Source: Pseudomonadota bacterium
GTDB taxonomy: Bacteria; Bdellovibrionota; UBA1018; CAIMNF01
Direction of reading: 5' to 3'
Assembly: GCA_027488515.1 (NCBI GenBank)
Contig: JAIYBN010000001.1
Span: 811-64,810 of the forward strand
Length of the DNA: 64,000 nt
Part shown: one piece after another, positions 49,064 through 58,951 of the stretch
Layout: every line of letters starts with the position of its first letter
Position numbering within the stretch: the first letter of the stretch is position 1
The notes under the pieces: model-generated
Told to the model about the DNA's origin: nothing
The model's database searches: none
Seen by the model: the letters and a program-made list of their open reading frames with translations, nothing else
Made by a program: the position numbers and the translations under genes

Positions 49064-49762
49064 TCAAATCCCGAAAACCGTGAACGCCACCCACAGCGCC
49101 AATCCACTGACGAGAGGAATCGAAAAGTTGTCGTCAATGTCGAGCGGGATCATCTCCGCCCCACCCCCGGCCAAACCTCCTGCAAGGGCGGTCAGTGCTG
49201 ACGCGAAGGCGGGAACTCCAGAGAAAAAAAGGTAAAAAAAGGCAATCACTGCGCAAATGCCCATGCCTGCGGCCGTACCGATCAAGGACTTCCCGTTTGA
49301 GAATCTCAGACCCTTGTGACCCCAGGTGATTCCGAAAATGGACGACACGGGGTCCCCGATGGCGAGGAAAAGAATCGACAAGATCGCGATGGGTTTCGGG
49401 AAAATGGCGACTGAAAGGAGCACCGACCCCACATAAAAGGGGGTTCCACTCACCCGGTTCACTTCACTGGATCTCATGACCGGTCCCATCACCTTGATGG
49501 CGATCGCATTCAGGCGGGGAAACCTGAGTCGTGCGTACTCACCGGCGAGAAAAAAGGCGAGCCCTGCCGAAAGCAGACCGACGCAGACGCTCTTGGGAGT
49601 CCCGAGTCCGTAAACCAGGGCCATGAACACTCCCATCCCGCAATGCCAGACCTTCCTTCCAAGGTGGAGATCGTTCCTGAGGCGCAAGCGCCAAGAGGGT
49701 GACAGTGAGGGACGTTCCTGCATGTGCAGATCGTATAACGAATGGATTTCCTTGACAATCAC
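49064..49762 (-). CDS. Polytopic membrane protein of the CTP_transf_1-like family (dolichol/phytol/diacylglycerol kinase or CdsA-like).
   Basis: About 6-7 TM helices and a Gly-rich C-terminal region. It is contiguous with the HK gene. Confidence 0.4.
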   Translation of the reverse strand: MIVKEIHSLYDLHMQERPSLSPSWRLRLRNDLHLGRKVWHCGMGVFMALVYGLGTPKSVCVGLLSAGLAFFLAGEYARLRFPRLNAIAIKVMGPVMRSSEVNRVSGTPFYVGSVLLSVAIFPKPIAILSILFLAIGDPVSSIFGITWGHKGLRFSNGKSLIGTAAGMGICAVIAFFYLFFSGVPAFASALTALAGGLAGGGAEMIPLDIDDNFSIPLVSGLALWVAFTVFGI

Positions 49763-50797
49763 CCCTCGTATTTTAGGCTAAAAGGACAGGCGGTTTCTAG
49801 GATGGAAACGAACATGTCACTGAAAGACCCACGCTCGATGACCCATGGCACTCAATTCAATTCCCGGAGTCCTTTTTTGAAGCAGCAGATCTGGGCGATC
49901 GGCGGCGGCAAGGGTGGCGTCGGAAAAAGCCTGCTCTCCTCTTCACTGGCTTTCACTCTCGCCAAAATGGGATACAGCACTCTCGTCGTCGACCTCGACC
50001 TCGGTGGTGCGAACCTCCATACCGTGCTCGGCCAGTCGCCTCCGGCCAAATGCCTGTCCGACTTTCTGAACGGGTCCGCTCCCGAGCTGAAAGACTGTAT
50101 CGTCCAGACCCAGTTCCAGAACCTGCAGATGATCGCCGGAGCCAAGGACGACCTGAAAATCACGCAAATTTCAAAAGAGAAAATCCAAAGCATCCTCTCA
50201 GCCCTCGACCGGATGAATCATCACTTTGTGATTCTCGACCTCGGGGCGGGCACAAGCGCCTACACCCTCGAGTTCTTCAACCACGCTGAGATCGGAATCA
50301 TCACCGCACTGCCTGAGCCGACCTCGATCGAGAACGCTTACCGTTTCATCAAGGCGAGCTACTACAGCCGACTTCTCGATGTCCCTCGTTTCGAGGGCAT
50401 CCGCCCTCTGATCGAGGCCGCCATGACACCGAATCACCCGCTTGGGATTCAATCTCCCCAGCAACTCCTCACCGAAACCAACTTCCAGAATCCGGCCCTG
50501 GCCATGGAACTCAGGAACGCCATCAAGAACTTCCGTCCCAAACTGGTGATCAACCAGACCCGGAGCCAGACGGATGTGGACGTCGGATTTTCGATGAAAA
50601 GCGTGGCAAAAAAGTACTTCGGGATCGATCTCGATTACCTCGGCTATATCGAATACGAGCCGAACGTCTGGCAGTCGGTCCGGAAAATGCGACCGATTCT
50701 TGCCGAATATCCCCATTCCCGGATCGCGGTTCACATCGACCGGATTGTCAATTACCTGTTGAAACAAGCCAGGATTGAACATACCCTTGCAGAATAA
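49742..50797 (+). CDS. ParA/MinD-family P-loop ATPase. The true start is possibly at 49814.
   Basis: Deviant Walker A IGGGKGGVGKS and a MinD/ParA-like fold. Confidence 0.75.
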   Translation: MDFLDNHPSYFRLKGQAVSRMETNMSLKDPRSMTHGTQFNSRSPFLKQQIWAIGGGKGGVGKSLLSSSLAFTLAKMGYSTLVVDLDLGGANLHTVLGQSPPAKCLSDFLNGSAPELKDCIVQTQFQNLQMIAGAKDDLKITQISKEKIQSILSALDRMNHHFVILDLGAGTSAYTLEFFNHAEIGIITALPEPTSIENAYRFIKASYYSRLLDVPRFEGIRPLIEAAMTPNHPLGIQSPQQLLTETNFQNPALAMELRNAIKNFRPKLVINQTRSQTDVDVGFSMKSVAKKYFGIDLDYLGYIEYEPNVWQSVRKMRPILAEYPHSRIAVHIDRIVNYLLKQARIEHTLAE

Positions 50798-50799
50798 AT

Positions 50800-51474
50800 A
50801 TGCACCTCAACGAGGATCCCCTCAGCCTGTATGACCTTCTGGAGCTCACGCCGGACGCGACGCCGCAGGAGATCCGTTCCGCCTACCTCCGGCTGAAATC
50901 GGCTTACGGCAAGGACAACATCGCCCACTACGGCGTGTTCTCAAGGGAAGAGACCGAGCAGATGCTCAAAAACGTCGAGAACGCCTACCTCGTGCTCTCG
51001 AATCCGGAAAAACGTCGGGCCTACGATCAAGGTCACGGCATGAATCCGGGGATCCCTACCGCTCCGGTCTCCATGCCAGAGCCGTCGGGAGACACCTGGC
51101 CCAATCCCTCGAGTGCAAGCCTGGCCTCACTGACCTTCGGCCGTTCCGACAGCCCGGTGAGTGTCACCCCGGCCAAGGAAATCCTTTCTCCAGAACCGGA
51201 CACGGTCCTGGGTGCTGAAGAAACCTGGACAGGCCCCGTTCTTCGCAAGATCCGGGAATCCCGGAGGATCACTCTCGAGGATCTTTCGGATTACACGAGG
51301 ATTTCGAGGTCCTACCTCCACGCCCTGGAGGAAGAGAACTTCGCCAAGCTCCCGGCAGTGGTGTATGTGCGGGGTTTTTTGCAGCAGATCAGTAAACGCC
51401 TGAAGCTTCCGGTGGACCAGGTCACCCGGCACTACTTGGAACGGATGAAGGCGTCTCTTCCCGAAAAAGTCTGA
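50800..51474 (+). CDS. J-like domain protein lacking the HPD motif, fused to a RodZ-like HTH (HTH_25) domain.
   Basis: N-terminal LYDLLELTPDATPQEIRSAYLRLKSAY...RRAYDQ is DnaJ-like, but there is no HPD tripeptide. The C-terminal ITLEDLSDYTRISRSYLHALEEENFAKLPAVVYVRGFLQQISKRL matches the RodZ N-terminal HTH. Confidence 0.65.
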   Translation: MHLNEDPLSLYDLLELTPDATPQEIRSAYLRLKSAYGKDNIAHYGVFSREETEQMLKNVENAYLVLSNPEKRRAYDQGHGMNPGIPTAPVSMPEPSGDTWPNPSSASLASLTFGRSDSPVSVTPAKEILSPEPDTVLGAEETWTGPVLRKIRESRRITLEDLSDYTRISRSYLHALEEENFAKLPAVVYVRGFLQQISKRLKLPVDQVTRHYLERMKASLPEKV

Positions 51475-51476
51475 AA

Positions 51477-52484
51477 ATGAGCCGGAAGTGGATCATTCTG
51501 GTCCCCGGAGATGTGGCAGACCGGGCTGACAAGTCTTTGCTCCGTTTACTCGAGGACGAAGAGGGCGCCCCGTCCTTGTCCCGCTCCCAACTGCAAAAAT
51601 TGATGGATGCGGAGCAGGTCACCTCGGGTGGAAAGCCGGTCCGGGGAAAAGACCGCTTGAATCCCGGATCCGAGATCGTCATCGAGATTCCAGAGCCGAC
51701 ACCCCTGGATGTGGTCGCTGAAGACATCCCGCTCGACATCCTGTTCGAGGACGAGCACCTCCTGGTGGTGAACAAACAACCCGGACTCACCGTCCACCCT
51801 TCGGAAACCCAGAGGTCCGGAACCTTGGTGAACGCACTCCTTCACAGGATCAAGGACCTGAGCGGAATCGGCGGTGTATTGAGGCCCGGGATCGTCCACA
51901 GGATCGACAAGGACACCAGTGGCGCCTTGGTGGTCAGTAAGACAGATGCGGCCCATGCGGGACTCGCAGCCCTCTTCGCCCGTCACGACATCGAACGGAG
52001 GTACTGGGCGTTTTGCTACGGATCCCCCCGATGGGAGGATGAATTCCGCTTCGAATCGACCCTGGGTCGCAGCCAGCAAGATCGAAAAAAAATGGCCGTG
52101 AATGTCGAGAACGGTCGGAAAGCCGTCTCGATATTCCGCAAACTCGATGAGTATTCCCAAACGGGAAAATCCCCGTTTGCCAGCTGGATCGAGGCACGTC
52201 TCATGACAGGACGGACCCACCAGGTCCGTGTGCACCTCACCCACCTCCACCACTCCTTGTTGGGCGATCCGGTGTACGGAACTCCCACGGATTCCCAAGC
52301 CAAATGGAAACTGCTCCCTCTCGAAATTCAGCGGGCGGTGAAGGCACTTCCAGGACAGGCACTGCACGCCCGCATTCTCGGATTCCGGCATCCTGTCACC
52401 GGGCAGGAACTCCGCTTTGAAGCCCCCCTTCCACCGGCTCTCCGGGCCATGGTGGATCGACTCGGCGCCGACCAGAATAGTTGA
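51477..52484 (+). CDS. rluD: 23S rRNA pseudouridine synthase of the RluA family, RluD-like with an S4 domain.
   Basis: S4-like N-terminus, catalytic HRIDKDTSG motif. 335 aa. Confidence 0.85.
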   Translation: MSRKWIILVPGDVADRADKSLLRLLEDEEGAPSLSRSQLQKLMDAEQVTSGGKPVRGKDRLNPGSEIVIEIPEPTPLDVVAEDIPLDILFEDEHLLVVNKQPGLTVHPSETQRSGTLVNALLHRIKDLSGIGGVLRPGIVHRIDKDTSGALVVSKTDAAHAGLAALFARHDIERRYWAFCYGSPRWEDEFRFESTLGRSQQDRKKMAVNVENGRKAVSIFRKLDEYSQTGKSPFASWIEARLMTGRTHQVRVHLTHLHHSLLGDPVYGTPTDSQAKWKLLPLEIQRAVKALPGQALHARILGFRHPVTGQELRFEAPLPPALRAMVDRLGADQNS

Positions 52485-52578
52485 CTGTTTTGGTTTAAAA
52501 ACAAAGTAAAAACAAATCCCTAAAGCAATCCTCCGGGCTCTCCGAACTGTTCCTTGAGTACAACCTGTTGGAGGGTAA

Positions 52579-55059
52579 ATGGTAACTAACTACGACGGCG
52601 AACAGATTGAAATCCCACAAACACTACCGATGCTTCCTGTACGGGATATTGTTGTATTTCCCTATATGATCATTCCTTTATTCGTGGGTCGTGATTCTTC
52701 CATCCGTAGCGTGGAAGAAGCGCTTTCCAAAACCGACCGCCTGATTTTTCTTTCTTCCCAGAAGAACATCGCGGACGAACAACCGACTCCGGACGGAATT
52801 TACGAAACCGGAACCGTCGCCATGATCATGCGCATGCGCAAGCTCCCCGACGGCCGGATCAAAATCCTGACTCAGGGCCTGTGCAAAGCCCGTGTCAAGA
52901 AATTCACTCAAACCGCTCCTTTCTACGAAGTGCAAGTGGAACAGGTCCAGGAAGTGGCCAACGAGAAAAAGGCCGAATCCGAAGCCCTCATGCGCACCAT
53001 CAAAGAACAGATCGAACGGATGATCAGCCTCGGCAAGGTTCTTGCCCCTGACATCATGATGGTTCTCGAGAACATCACCGAGCCGAGCCGCATGGCGGAC
53101 CTCGTCGCCTCCAACCTCGGACTGAAGGTCAGCACGGCCCAGGATGTGCTCGAAATCCACGACCCGTTCGTGAAGCTCCAGAAGATCAACGAGATCCTCA
53201 CCAAGGAGACCGAAGTTCTGAGCATCCAGGCGAAGATCCGTTCGCAAACCAAGGATGAGATCAGCAAGTCGCAGAAGGAATATTTCCTCCGCGAACAGAT
53301 GAAGCAGATCAAGAGCGAACTCGGCGACAATGATCCCAAGGCAGAGGAAATCAACGAACTCCGCGAGAAGGTCATGAACGCCAAGATGCCGGCGAATGTC
53401 GAGCAAGAAGCCATGAAACAGCTTCAGCGCCTCGAACGCATGCATCCTGAAAGTTCCGAAGCTTCGATGATGCGGACCTACATCGAATGGATGACCGACA
53501 CCCCTTGGGGCAAGGCGTCTGTCGACAATCTCGATCTCGATCACGCAATGGAGATCCTGGACGACGATCATTACAAGCTCGACAAGATCAAAGAGCGGAT
53601 CATCGAATTCCTCGCGGTCCGTAAGCTCAAAAAGGACAACATGAAGGGGCCGATCCTGTGCTTCTCCGGTCCTCCGGGTGTCGGTAAGACCTCCCTCGGG
53701 AAGTCGATTGCCAAGGCCCTCGGCCGTGAATTCGTCCGGATCTCCCTCGGCGGAGTGAAGGATGAAGCGGAAATCCGCGGTCACCGCCGGACGTACGTCG
53801 GCGCCCTCCCCGGTCGTATCATCCAAGGCTTGAAGCAAGCGGGAACCAACAATCCCGTCTTCATCCTGGACGAGCTCGACAAGATGGGGACCGACTACAA
53901 AGGCGATCCTTCGGCTGCATTGCTCGAAGTGCTCGATCCGGAACAGAATTACGCGTTCCGCGACCACTACCTCAATGTGCCGATCGACCTGACCAATGTC
54001 ATGTTCATCACCACTTGTAACGCCCTCGAGCAGATTCCGGCGCCTCTCCGCGACCGGATGGAAGTGATCCAGCTCTCCGGATACACCCAGGAAGAGAAAC
54101 ACTTCATCTCTCGCAGATACTTGATCGAGAAGCAGATCCTCGAAAACGGGCTCACTTCCGACCAGATCGAATTCACCGATGCCGGTATCAGCGCCATCGT
54201 CGAGAACTACACCCGTGAAGCCGGGTTGCGGAATCTCGAACGCCTGGTGGGAACCGTCTGCCGCAAGACCGCTCGCATGGTGGCTGAAGGCAAGACCGAC
54301 CGCACCGTGATCGATCCTGCGATGGTGGCCAAGTTCCTCGGACCAGCGGTTTACTCCCGCGAAGACGAGCAGGAAAGGGACGAGGTCGGTATTTCGACCG
54401 GACTCGCCTGGACCTCGGTGGGTGGCGAGATCCTCTATGTGGAGACCGCTACGACCCGCGGCAAGGGGGGCATGCTCCTCACCGGCCAGCTCGGCGATGT
54501 GATGAAGGAATCGGCACAGGCCGCTCTCGGTCTGATCCGGTGGCGCGCAGCCGACTTCGGAATCAACTCCGACGTACTGAGCGAAACCGACATCCATGTG
54601 CACTTCCCTCAGGGAGCCATCCCCAAGGACGGACCTTCAGCCGGGATCACCATGGCCACAGCCATGATCTCCCGCCTGACCGGAATCCCGGTCCGCAGGG
54701 ATGTGGCGATGACCGGTGAAATCACCCTCACCGGCCGGGTGCTCCCGATCGGCGGACTGAAGGAGAAATCCCTCGCCGCGATGAGACACGGGATCAAGAC
54801 CATCATCATTCCGGAGAAGAACCGGAAAGACCTGGAAGAGATCCCCGAAGAGTACCGCAAGCACCTCAACTTCGTACCGGTGAAATCCATCGATGAAGTG
54901 CTCGAGGTGGCCCTCACCGAGAAGATCCTTCCGATCGAAGGAAACCTCCCCGGTGCCGGCGGCGAAACTCACGAGACCCGTCCTACCAAGACCAAGAAAC
55001 AGAAACCGGTTGCGGCAGCCGAACCTGCTGTTGCCAAATCAACCAAGCGTGCCGCTTAA
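52579..55059 (+). CDS. lon: ATP-dependent Lon protease.
   Basis: LON N-domain, AAA+ (GPPGVGKTS), protease domain (PKDGPSAG). 826 aa. Confidence 0.96.
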   Translation: MVTNYDGEQIEIPQTLPMLPVRDIVVFPYMIIPLFVGRDSSIRSVEEALSKTDRLIFLSSQKNIADEQPTPDGIYETGTVAMIMRMRKLPDGRIKILTQGLCKARVKKFTQTAPFYEVQVEQVQEVANEKKAESEALMRTIKEQIERMISLGKVLAPDIMMVLENITEPSRMADLVASNLGLKVSTAQDVLEIHDPFVKLQKINEILTKETEVLSIQAKIRSQTKDEISKSQKEYFLREQMKQIKSELGDNDPKAEEINELREKVMNAKMPANVEQEAMKQLQRLERMHPESSEASMMRTYIEWMTDTPWGKASVDNLDLDHAMEILDDDHYKLDKIKERIIEFLAVRKLKKDNMKGPILCFSGPPGVGKTSLGKSIAKALGREFVRISLGGVKDEAEIRGHRRTYVGALPGRIIQGLKQAGTNNPVFILDELDKMGTDYKGDPSAALLEVLDPEQNYAFRDHYLNVPIDLTNVMFITTCNALEQIPAPLRDRMEVIQLSGYTQEEKHFISRRYLIEKQILENGLTSDQIEFTDAGISAIVENYTREAGLRNLERLVGTVCRKTARMVAEGKTDRTVIDPAMVAKFLGPAVYSREDEQERDEVGISTGLAWTSVGGEILYVETATTRGKGGMLLTGQLGDVMKESAQAALGLIRWRAADFGINSDVLSETDIHVHFPQGAIPKDGPSAGITMATAMISRLTGIPVRRDVAMTGEITLTGRVLPIGGLKEKSLAAMRHGIKTIIIPEKNRKDLEEIPEEYRKHLNFVPVKSIDEVLEVALTEKILPIEGNLPGAGGETHETRPTKTKKQKPVAAAEPAVAKSTKRAA

Positions 55060-55087
55060 AACCGGCAGGTTGTACTCAATCCAGGGA

Positions 55088-55120
55088 GCCCGGGCCGATC
55101 ACATTGGCCCGGGCTTTCCT
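55088..55120 (+). terminator. Probable intrinsic terminator downstream of lon.
   Basis: Perfect 9-bp GC-rich stem gcccgggcc/ggcccgggc with a 9-nt loop, followed by tttcct. Confidence 0.5.
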
Positions 55121-55137
55121 CATGACAGAACCGGGAC

Positions 55138-56115
55138 ATGACACTTACCAGCACCCTTCTTTGCGTGTTGTTGATCAGTTGCTCTTTTGTGCTCTCCTCG
55201 AGTGAGATCGCACTGTTCTCGCTGTCACGTGTGCAACTCAAACGGATCAGGGACGAGTCCGAACCCTTGTTCCGGCGCATCCGGACCCTGATCCAAGACT
55301 CGATGGGGCTCTTGATCACGGTTCTCCTGTTCAACGAGATCGTGAACATTTCCCTCGCTTCGATCCTCACCACCCGGATCGTGGAACCGATGAAGCTCGA
55401 CTGGAAAATGAGCGCCCTACTCGGCATCCTGATCACCACACCTGTCATGCTGATCGCATGCGAGCTGACTCCGAAAGTCATCGCGAGCAAGGCGAATCAG
55501 ATGATCATCTCGACCTTCCTCCCGCTCGTTTATCCGCTCTACCTCCTCATGCGCCCGGTGGTCTCCATCATCCGGTTTTTCATCCCCGCCCCTCCGGTGA
55601 AAGAGCTCCATCAGCTCCACGAAGAGGACTTCATCATCCTGGCGGAAGAGCAAACAGAGACAGGCCATTTGCACGAGACCGAACTGGAACTCATCAAGAA
55701 TGTGTTCGAGATGGATGACACCCGCGTCGAACAGCTCGCGACACCGATCAAAAAAATCATCACGGTTCCATCGAGCGCCACTGTCGAGCAAGCTTCCATG
55801 ATCATCCTGAAGGACCGGATCTACTCCCGGATCCCGGTTTATGACCGGAATCTCGATGACATTGTCGGAGTGATCAACTCGAAAGACCTCGCCGAACTCA
55901 AGGTCCGACCCGAGATGCGAAGTGAGAACGTGATGACTCTCGCCAACGAACCCCTCACCGTGGCCAGCACCCTCACCATCGACGCCTTGTTCAGGAAGAT
56001 GAAATCGAAGAAAATCCAGGTCGCATTCACCCGGGGGACGAACGGCAAGATCGCCGGGATGATCACTCTTCAGGACATTCTGGACACCCTGATCGAGGAG
56101 GCGTTCGAAGAATGA
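55138..56115 (+). CDS. CNNM/HlyC/CorC-family membrane protein with DUF21 and a CBS pair, but lacking the C-terminal CorC_HlyC domain.
   Basis: N-terminal 4-TM DUF21 region and tandem CBS domains. 325 aa. Confidence 0.75.
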   Translation: MTLTSTLLCVLLISCSFVLSSSEIALFSLSRVQLKRIRDESEPLFRRIRTLIQDSMGLLITVLLFNEIVNISLASILTTRIVEPMKLDWKMSALLGILITTPVMLIACELTPKVIASKANQMIISTFLPLVYPLYLLMRPVVSIIRFFIPAPPVKELHQLHEEDFIILAEEQTETGHLHETELELIKNVFEMDDTRVEQLATPIKKIITVPSSATVEQASMIILKDRIYSRIPVYDRNLDDIVGVINSKDLAELKVRPEMRSENVMTLANEPLTVASTLTIDALFRKMKSKKIQVAFTRGTNGKIAGMITLQDILDTLIEEAFEE

Positions 56116-57377
56116 CCGCTCTCTCGCCCGGCACCATCGCCATCGTCTTGATGTTCATCCTGATCGAGGGATTCTACTCGGGCAGCGAGCTCGCACTGCT
56201 GTCGATGGACAAGCTCACCCTGAAAAGGAAGGGCAAGCAAGGAAACCGGGGGGCACAACTGGCTCTCCGCCTGCTGAAATCGCCCGACCGGATCCTTTCG
56301 TCCACCCTGCTCATGACCAGCACCTGTGTGATGGGAACTTCGGTGGTGCTCACCCTCGAGTTCCGCAGGCTGATGGGAGAACACGGCGAAGCCTATGCGG
56401 CGACGATCGGGTCGCTGCTCGTGATCGTGTTCGGTGAATTGATCCCGAAGTTCATGTACAGGCGCTTCGCGGACGTCCTCGTCCCCAAAGTCGCCTACCC
56501 CATCTTCCTGACTCAAAAAGTGCTCTCGCCCCTGATCCGCTTGATGACCCTTTACACCTCGCAGATCACCCGGATCGTGACCCCCATGGAGATGGTCTGG
56601 AGCGGAAAAAAGCAGAGCGTGAAAGAAGAACTTCACGGTCTTCTCACCTCGGACTCGGGGGACACCCAGATCAAGTCCAACGAGAAGCGGCTCATCCGTA
56701 AAATCCTCCGCTTCCGGGACCGGATCGCGAAAGACGGATTGGTGCCCTTGGTCCAGGTGGACGCCATCGAGAAGCAAAGCTCACTGCTCGAGGCCTTCGA
56801 ACTCTACCGGGAAAAGAAGCATTCCCGTATTCCTGTTTTTGACGAGCGGATCGACAACATCATCGGAGTGCTCGAACTTCACACCATCTTCCGCCAGAAT
56901 GATTTGAGACAAAGGATCGACCGGTTCATCAAACCTGCGGTCTATGTCGCCGAGAACCAGAAACTCGAAGAGATCCTCAACCGCATGATCGAAGAGGACT
57001 TTCAGTTGGCGGTGGTCGTGGACGAGTACGGAGGAGCGGTCGGGATCCTGACCCGTGAGGACATTTTCGAACAGATTGTGGGCGATCTCGAGGACGAGGA
57101 CGATCTCGAGAAAAAACTGATTCGATCCACCTCGGAGACCTCCTGGATCATCAAGGCAAGGGCGACCATCACCCAGATCAATGAAGAACTGCAGATCGAG
57201 ATCCCCGAGGGAGATTACGACACCTTGGGCGGCTTCCTGTTGCGTCAATTTTCCCGCATTCCCGAGCCTGGCGATGAGCTCTATTTCGAGACACCTGCCG
57301 GAAACCTGCGATTCACCGTCAAAGATGCGACACGCAGGAGAATCGAGAGCGTCAGCATTGAAAGAATCACGTCGTGA
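56112..57377 (+). CDS. corC: CNNM/HlyC/CorC-family transporter with DUF21, a CBS pair and a CorC_HlyC domain.
   Basis: Same architecture as the upstream gene, plus a C-terminal transporter-associated domain. 4-nt overlap with the upstream gene. Confidence 0.75.
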   Translation: MTALSPGTIAIVLMFILIEGFYSGSELALLSMDKLTLKRKGKQGNRGAQLALRLLKSPDRILSSTLLMTSTCVMGTSVVLTLEFRRLMGEHGEAYAATIGSLLVIVFGELIPKFMYRRFADVLVPKVAYPIFLTQKVLSPLIRLMTLYTSQITRIVTPMEMVWSGKKQSVKEELHGLLTSDSGDTQIKSNEKRLIRKILRFRDRIAKDGLVPLVQVDAIEKQSSLLEAFELYREKKHSRIPVFDERIDNIIGVLELHTIFRQNDLRQRIDRFIKPAVYVAENQKLEEILNRMIEEDFQLAVVVDEYGGAVGILTREDIFEQIVGDLEDEDDLEKKLIRSTSETSWIIKARATITQINEELQIEIPEGDYDTLGGFLLRQFSRIPEPGDELYFETPAGNLRFTVKDATRRRIESVSIERITS

Positions 57378-57404
57378 GCCTACACTGTTCATGAGGGGTG
57401 CCGA

Positions 57405-57815
57405 ATGAAGGATGCATTCAAAACCGTTCTGATTGCTGATGATATTCCCTATGTCCGTAAGACTCTGAAACAGATTCTTCAGAATCGCGGTTACCGGGTG
57501 GTGGGCGAGGCCGAAAACGGAGATGATGCCGTCCGCCTCTACTTCGAAACCAGGCCGGACCTCGTCATCATGGATCTGGTGATGCCCAGAATGAACGGTG
57601 TGGATGCCACGCGGGTGATTCTGAAGCGCGATCCCGATGCGAGGATCGTGATTCTCTCGGCGATGACCCAGGAGAACTTGGTGACCGAGGCCATCCAGGC
57701 CGGCGCCAAGGATTACGTGATCAAGCCTTTCCAGACAGACGAGGTCATGAGGGTCATTCAGGAAAGCCTTTCCACAGGCTCGATTCAAACCGCCGCTGCC
57801 GGCGGGGCCGCCTGA
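57405..57815 (+). CDS. Single-domain CheY-like response regulator (receiver only).
   Basis: Receiver motifs: DD, the phospho-acceptor Asp in LVIMDLVMP, and the conserved Thr/Lys near the C-terminus (KDYVIKPF). Confidence 0.8.
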   Translation: MKDAFKTVLIADDIPYVRKTLKQILQNRGYRVVGEAENGDDAVRLYFETRPDLVIMDLVMPRMNGVDATRVILKRDPDARIVILSAMTQENLVTEAIQAGAKDYVIKPFQTDEVMRVIQESLSTGSIQTAAAGGAA

Positions 57816-57825
57816 GGTTGGGTGA

Positions 57826-58116
57826 ATGTTCTCTTTCCTCTCGGCGATCCTGAAATATTCGATCTTCGCTTTGGTCGTGCTCGTGTTCTCCCATGTGATC
57901 GAGATCCAGGGGGTCACGGTTTCACGCCACGTCGAGAAGTGGGTGAAAATCGCAGGGGTCTACAACCCCGAGCGACAGGCAAAATTGCTCACCGAGGAAT
58001 ACAAGGCCAGCCTCGAAGCCAGGATGAAAGAACTCCACAAACTGGATGCTGACATCAGTCCCGAAGATCAAAAAGCGTTGAGGCAGATCATCGAGCGTTC
58101 GGAACAAAAAAAGTGA
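57826..58116 (+). CDS. Small membrane-anchored protein of 96 aa, with an N-terminal TM and a charged helical tail. Hypothetical.
   Basis: Hydrophobic N-terminus (ILKYSIFALVVLVF) and a K/E-rich C-terminus. Confidence 0.45.
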   Translation: MFSFLSAILKYSIFALVVLVFSHVIEIQGVTVSRHVEKWVKIAGVYNPERQAKLLTEEYKASLEARMKELHKLDADISPEDQKALRQIIERSEQKK

Positions 58117-58129
58117 TGGTCGATCCGGA

Positions 58130-58309
58130 TCACCGGCCAGAGCCCGCGTTCTGAGCCGAGCGTCCTTTTGCCACCGAAAGAGAAGCCAGGACCAGATCCG
58201 CACGATTCTTCGAGCAGAGCGCTTTGCCGCTTTGTTTGCTCGAAACCACTGCAGCAGAAGCGGAAGATGCGAAGGCAGTCAGGAGGGCGATCAAAGTCAT
58301 GATTTTCAT
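58130..58309 (-). CDS. Small secreted cationic peptide, paralogue A: 59-aa precursor with a predicted signal peptide.
   Basis: MKIMTLIALLTAFASSASA signal, GGAG RBS, and an internal start within the annotated 97-aa ORF. It is a paralogue of 58550..58735. Confidence 0.55.
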   Translation of the reverse strand: MKIMTLIALLTAFASSASAAVVSSKQSGKALCSKNRADLVLASLSVAKGRSAQNAGSGR

Positions 58310-58549
58310 AGTCACTCCGATGGGGTGGGAAGATTCCCGTTTTCGCACAACGTACCGCTCACCCAGAGATAATGCACGGGGTGTGCCAAAAAGCGGGGTT
58401 CCAGACCATAGTGAATTAATCAATCATTACATGATCTTGGATAAATAAACCCATTCCGTTTCTCCTCAGAATGACGATCGGGAAGACGACGACTGTCTCA
58501 ACTTTAGACAGGGCCGCTTCCCGATGTACAGAGGGCATGATTTTGGAGA

Positions 58550-58735
58550 TCAGCGTCCAGATCCGGCTTGATTCGACTTGGATACCTGCGATCCGGAACC
58601 GGCTGCGAACTTGACCTGGTGGTCTTGTTCGTTTTTGGTGCAATGAGCTTTACCGGATTGCTTGCTCGACACGACTCCGCCGATAGCAGGGGATGCAAAT
58701 GCAGTAAATAGGGCCAAAAGGGTGAAGATTTTCAT
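58550..58735 (-). CDS. Small secreted cationic peptide, paralogue B: 61-aa precursor.
   Basis: MKIFTLLALFTAFASPAIG signal, GGAGG RBS, and the shared motifs VVSSKQSGKAxCxKN and C-terminal AGSGR. Confidence 0.55.
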   Translation of the reverse strand: MKIFTLLALFTAFASPAIGGVVSSKQSGKAHCTKNEQDHQVKFAAGSGSQVSKSNQAGSGR

Positions 58736-58951
58736 ACGTCCTCCGACGGTTCTCATTCTCTCAACTTCCGCTCGACGTACCACTTGTCCGGAGTATTGCA
58801 GAGGATGTGCCAATCCGGGCGCGCACCCCACGAAGATCGCAAAGTCCGGTCATTTCAGAGGATTTTCTCTACAAAACGACCGAAGCCCCACGGCCTCCCG
58901 GACTGAAAGGCCCTTTCTCTCCTGACAGCTGTCCAAATTCCATACAGGTTT

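Noticed and set aside
52678-54603. 641-aa minus-strand ORF.
   Set aside because: Antisense to lon. It has no recognisable motifs and shows shadow-ORF composition.
56781-57917. 378-aa minus ORF (and 56070..56777 minus ORF).
   Set aside because: Antisense to the CorC-family and CheY-like genes, which have clear domain signatures.
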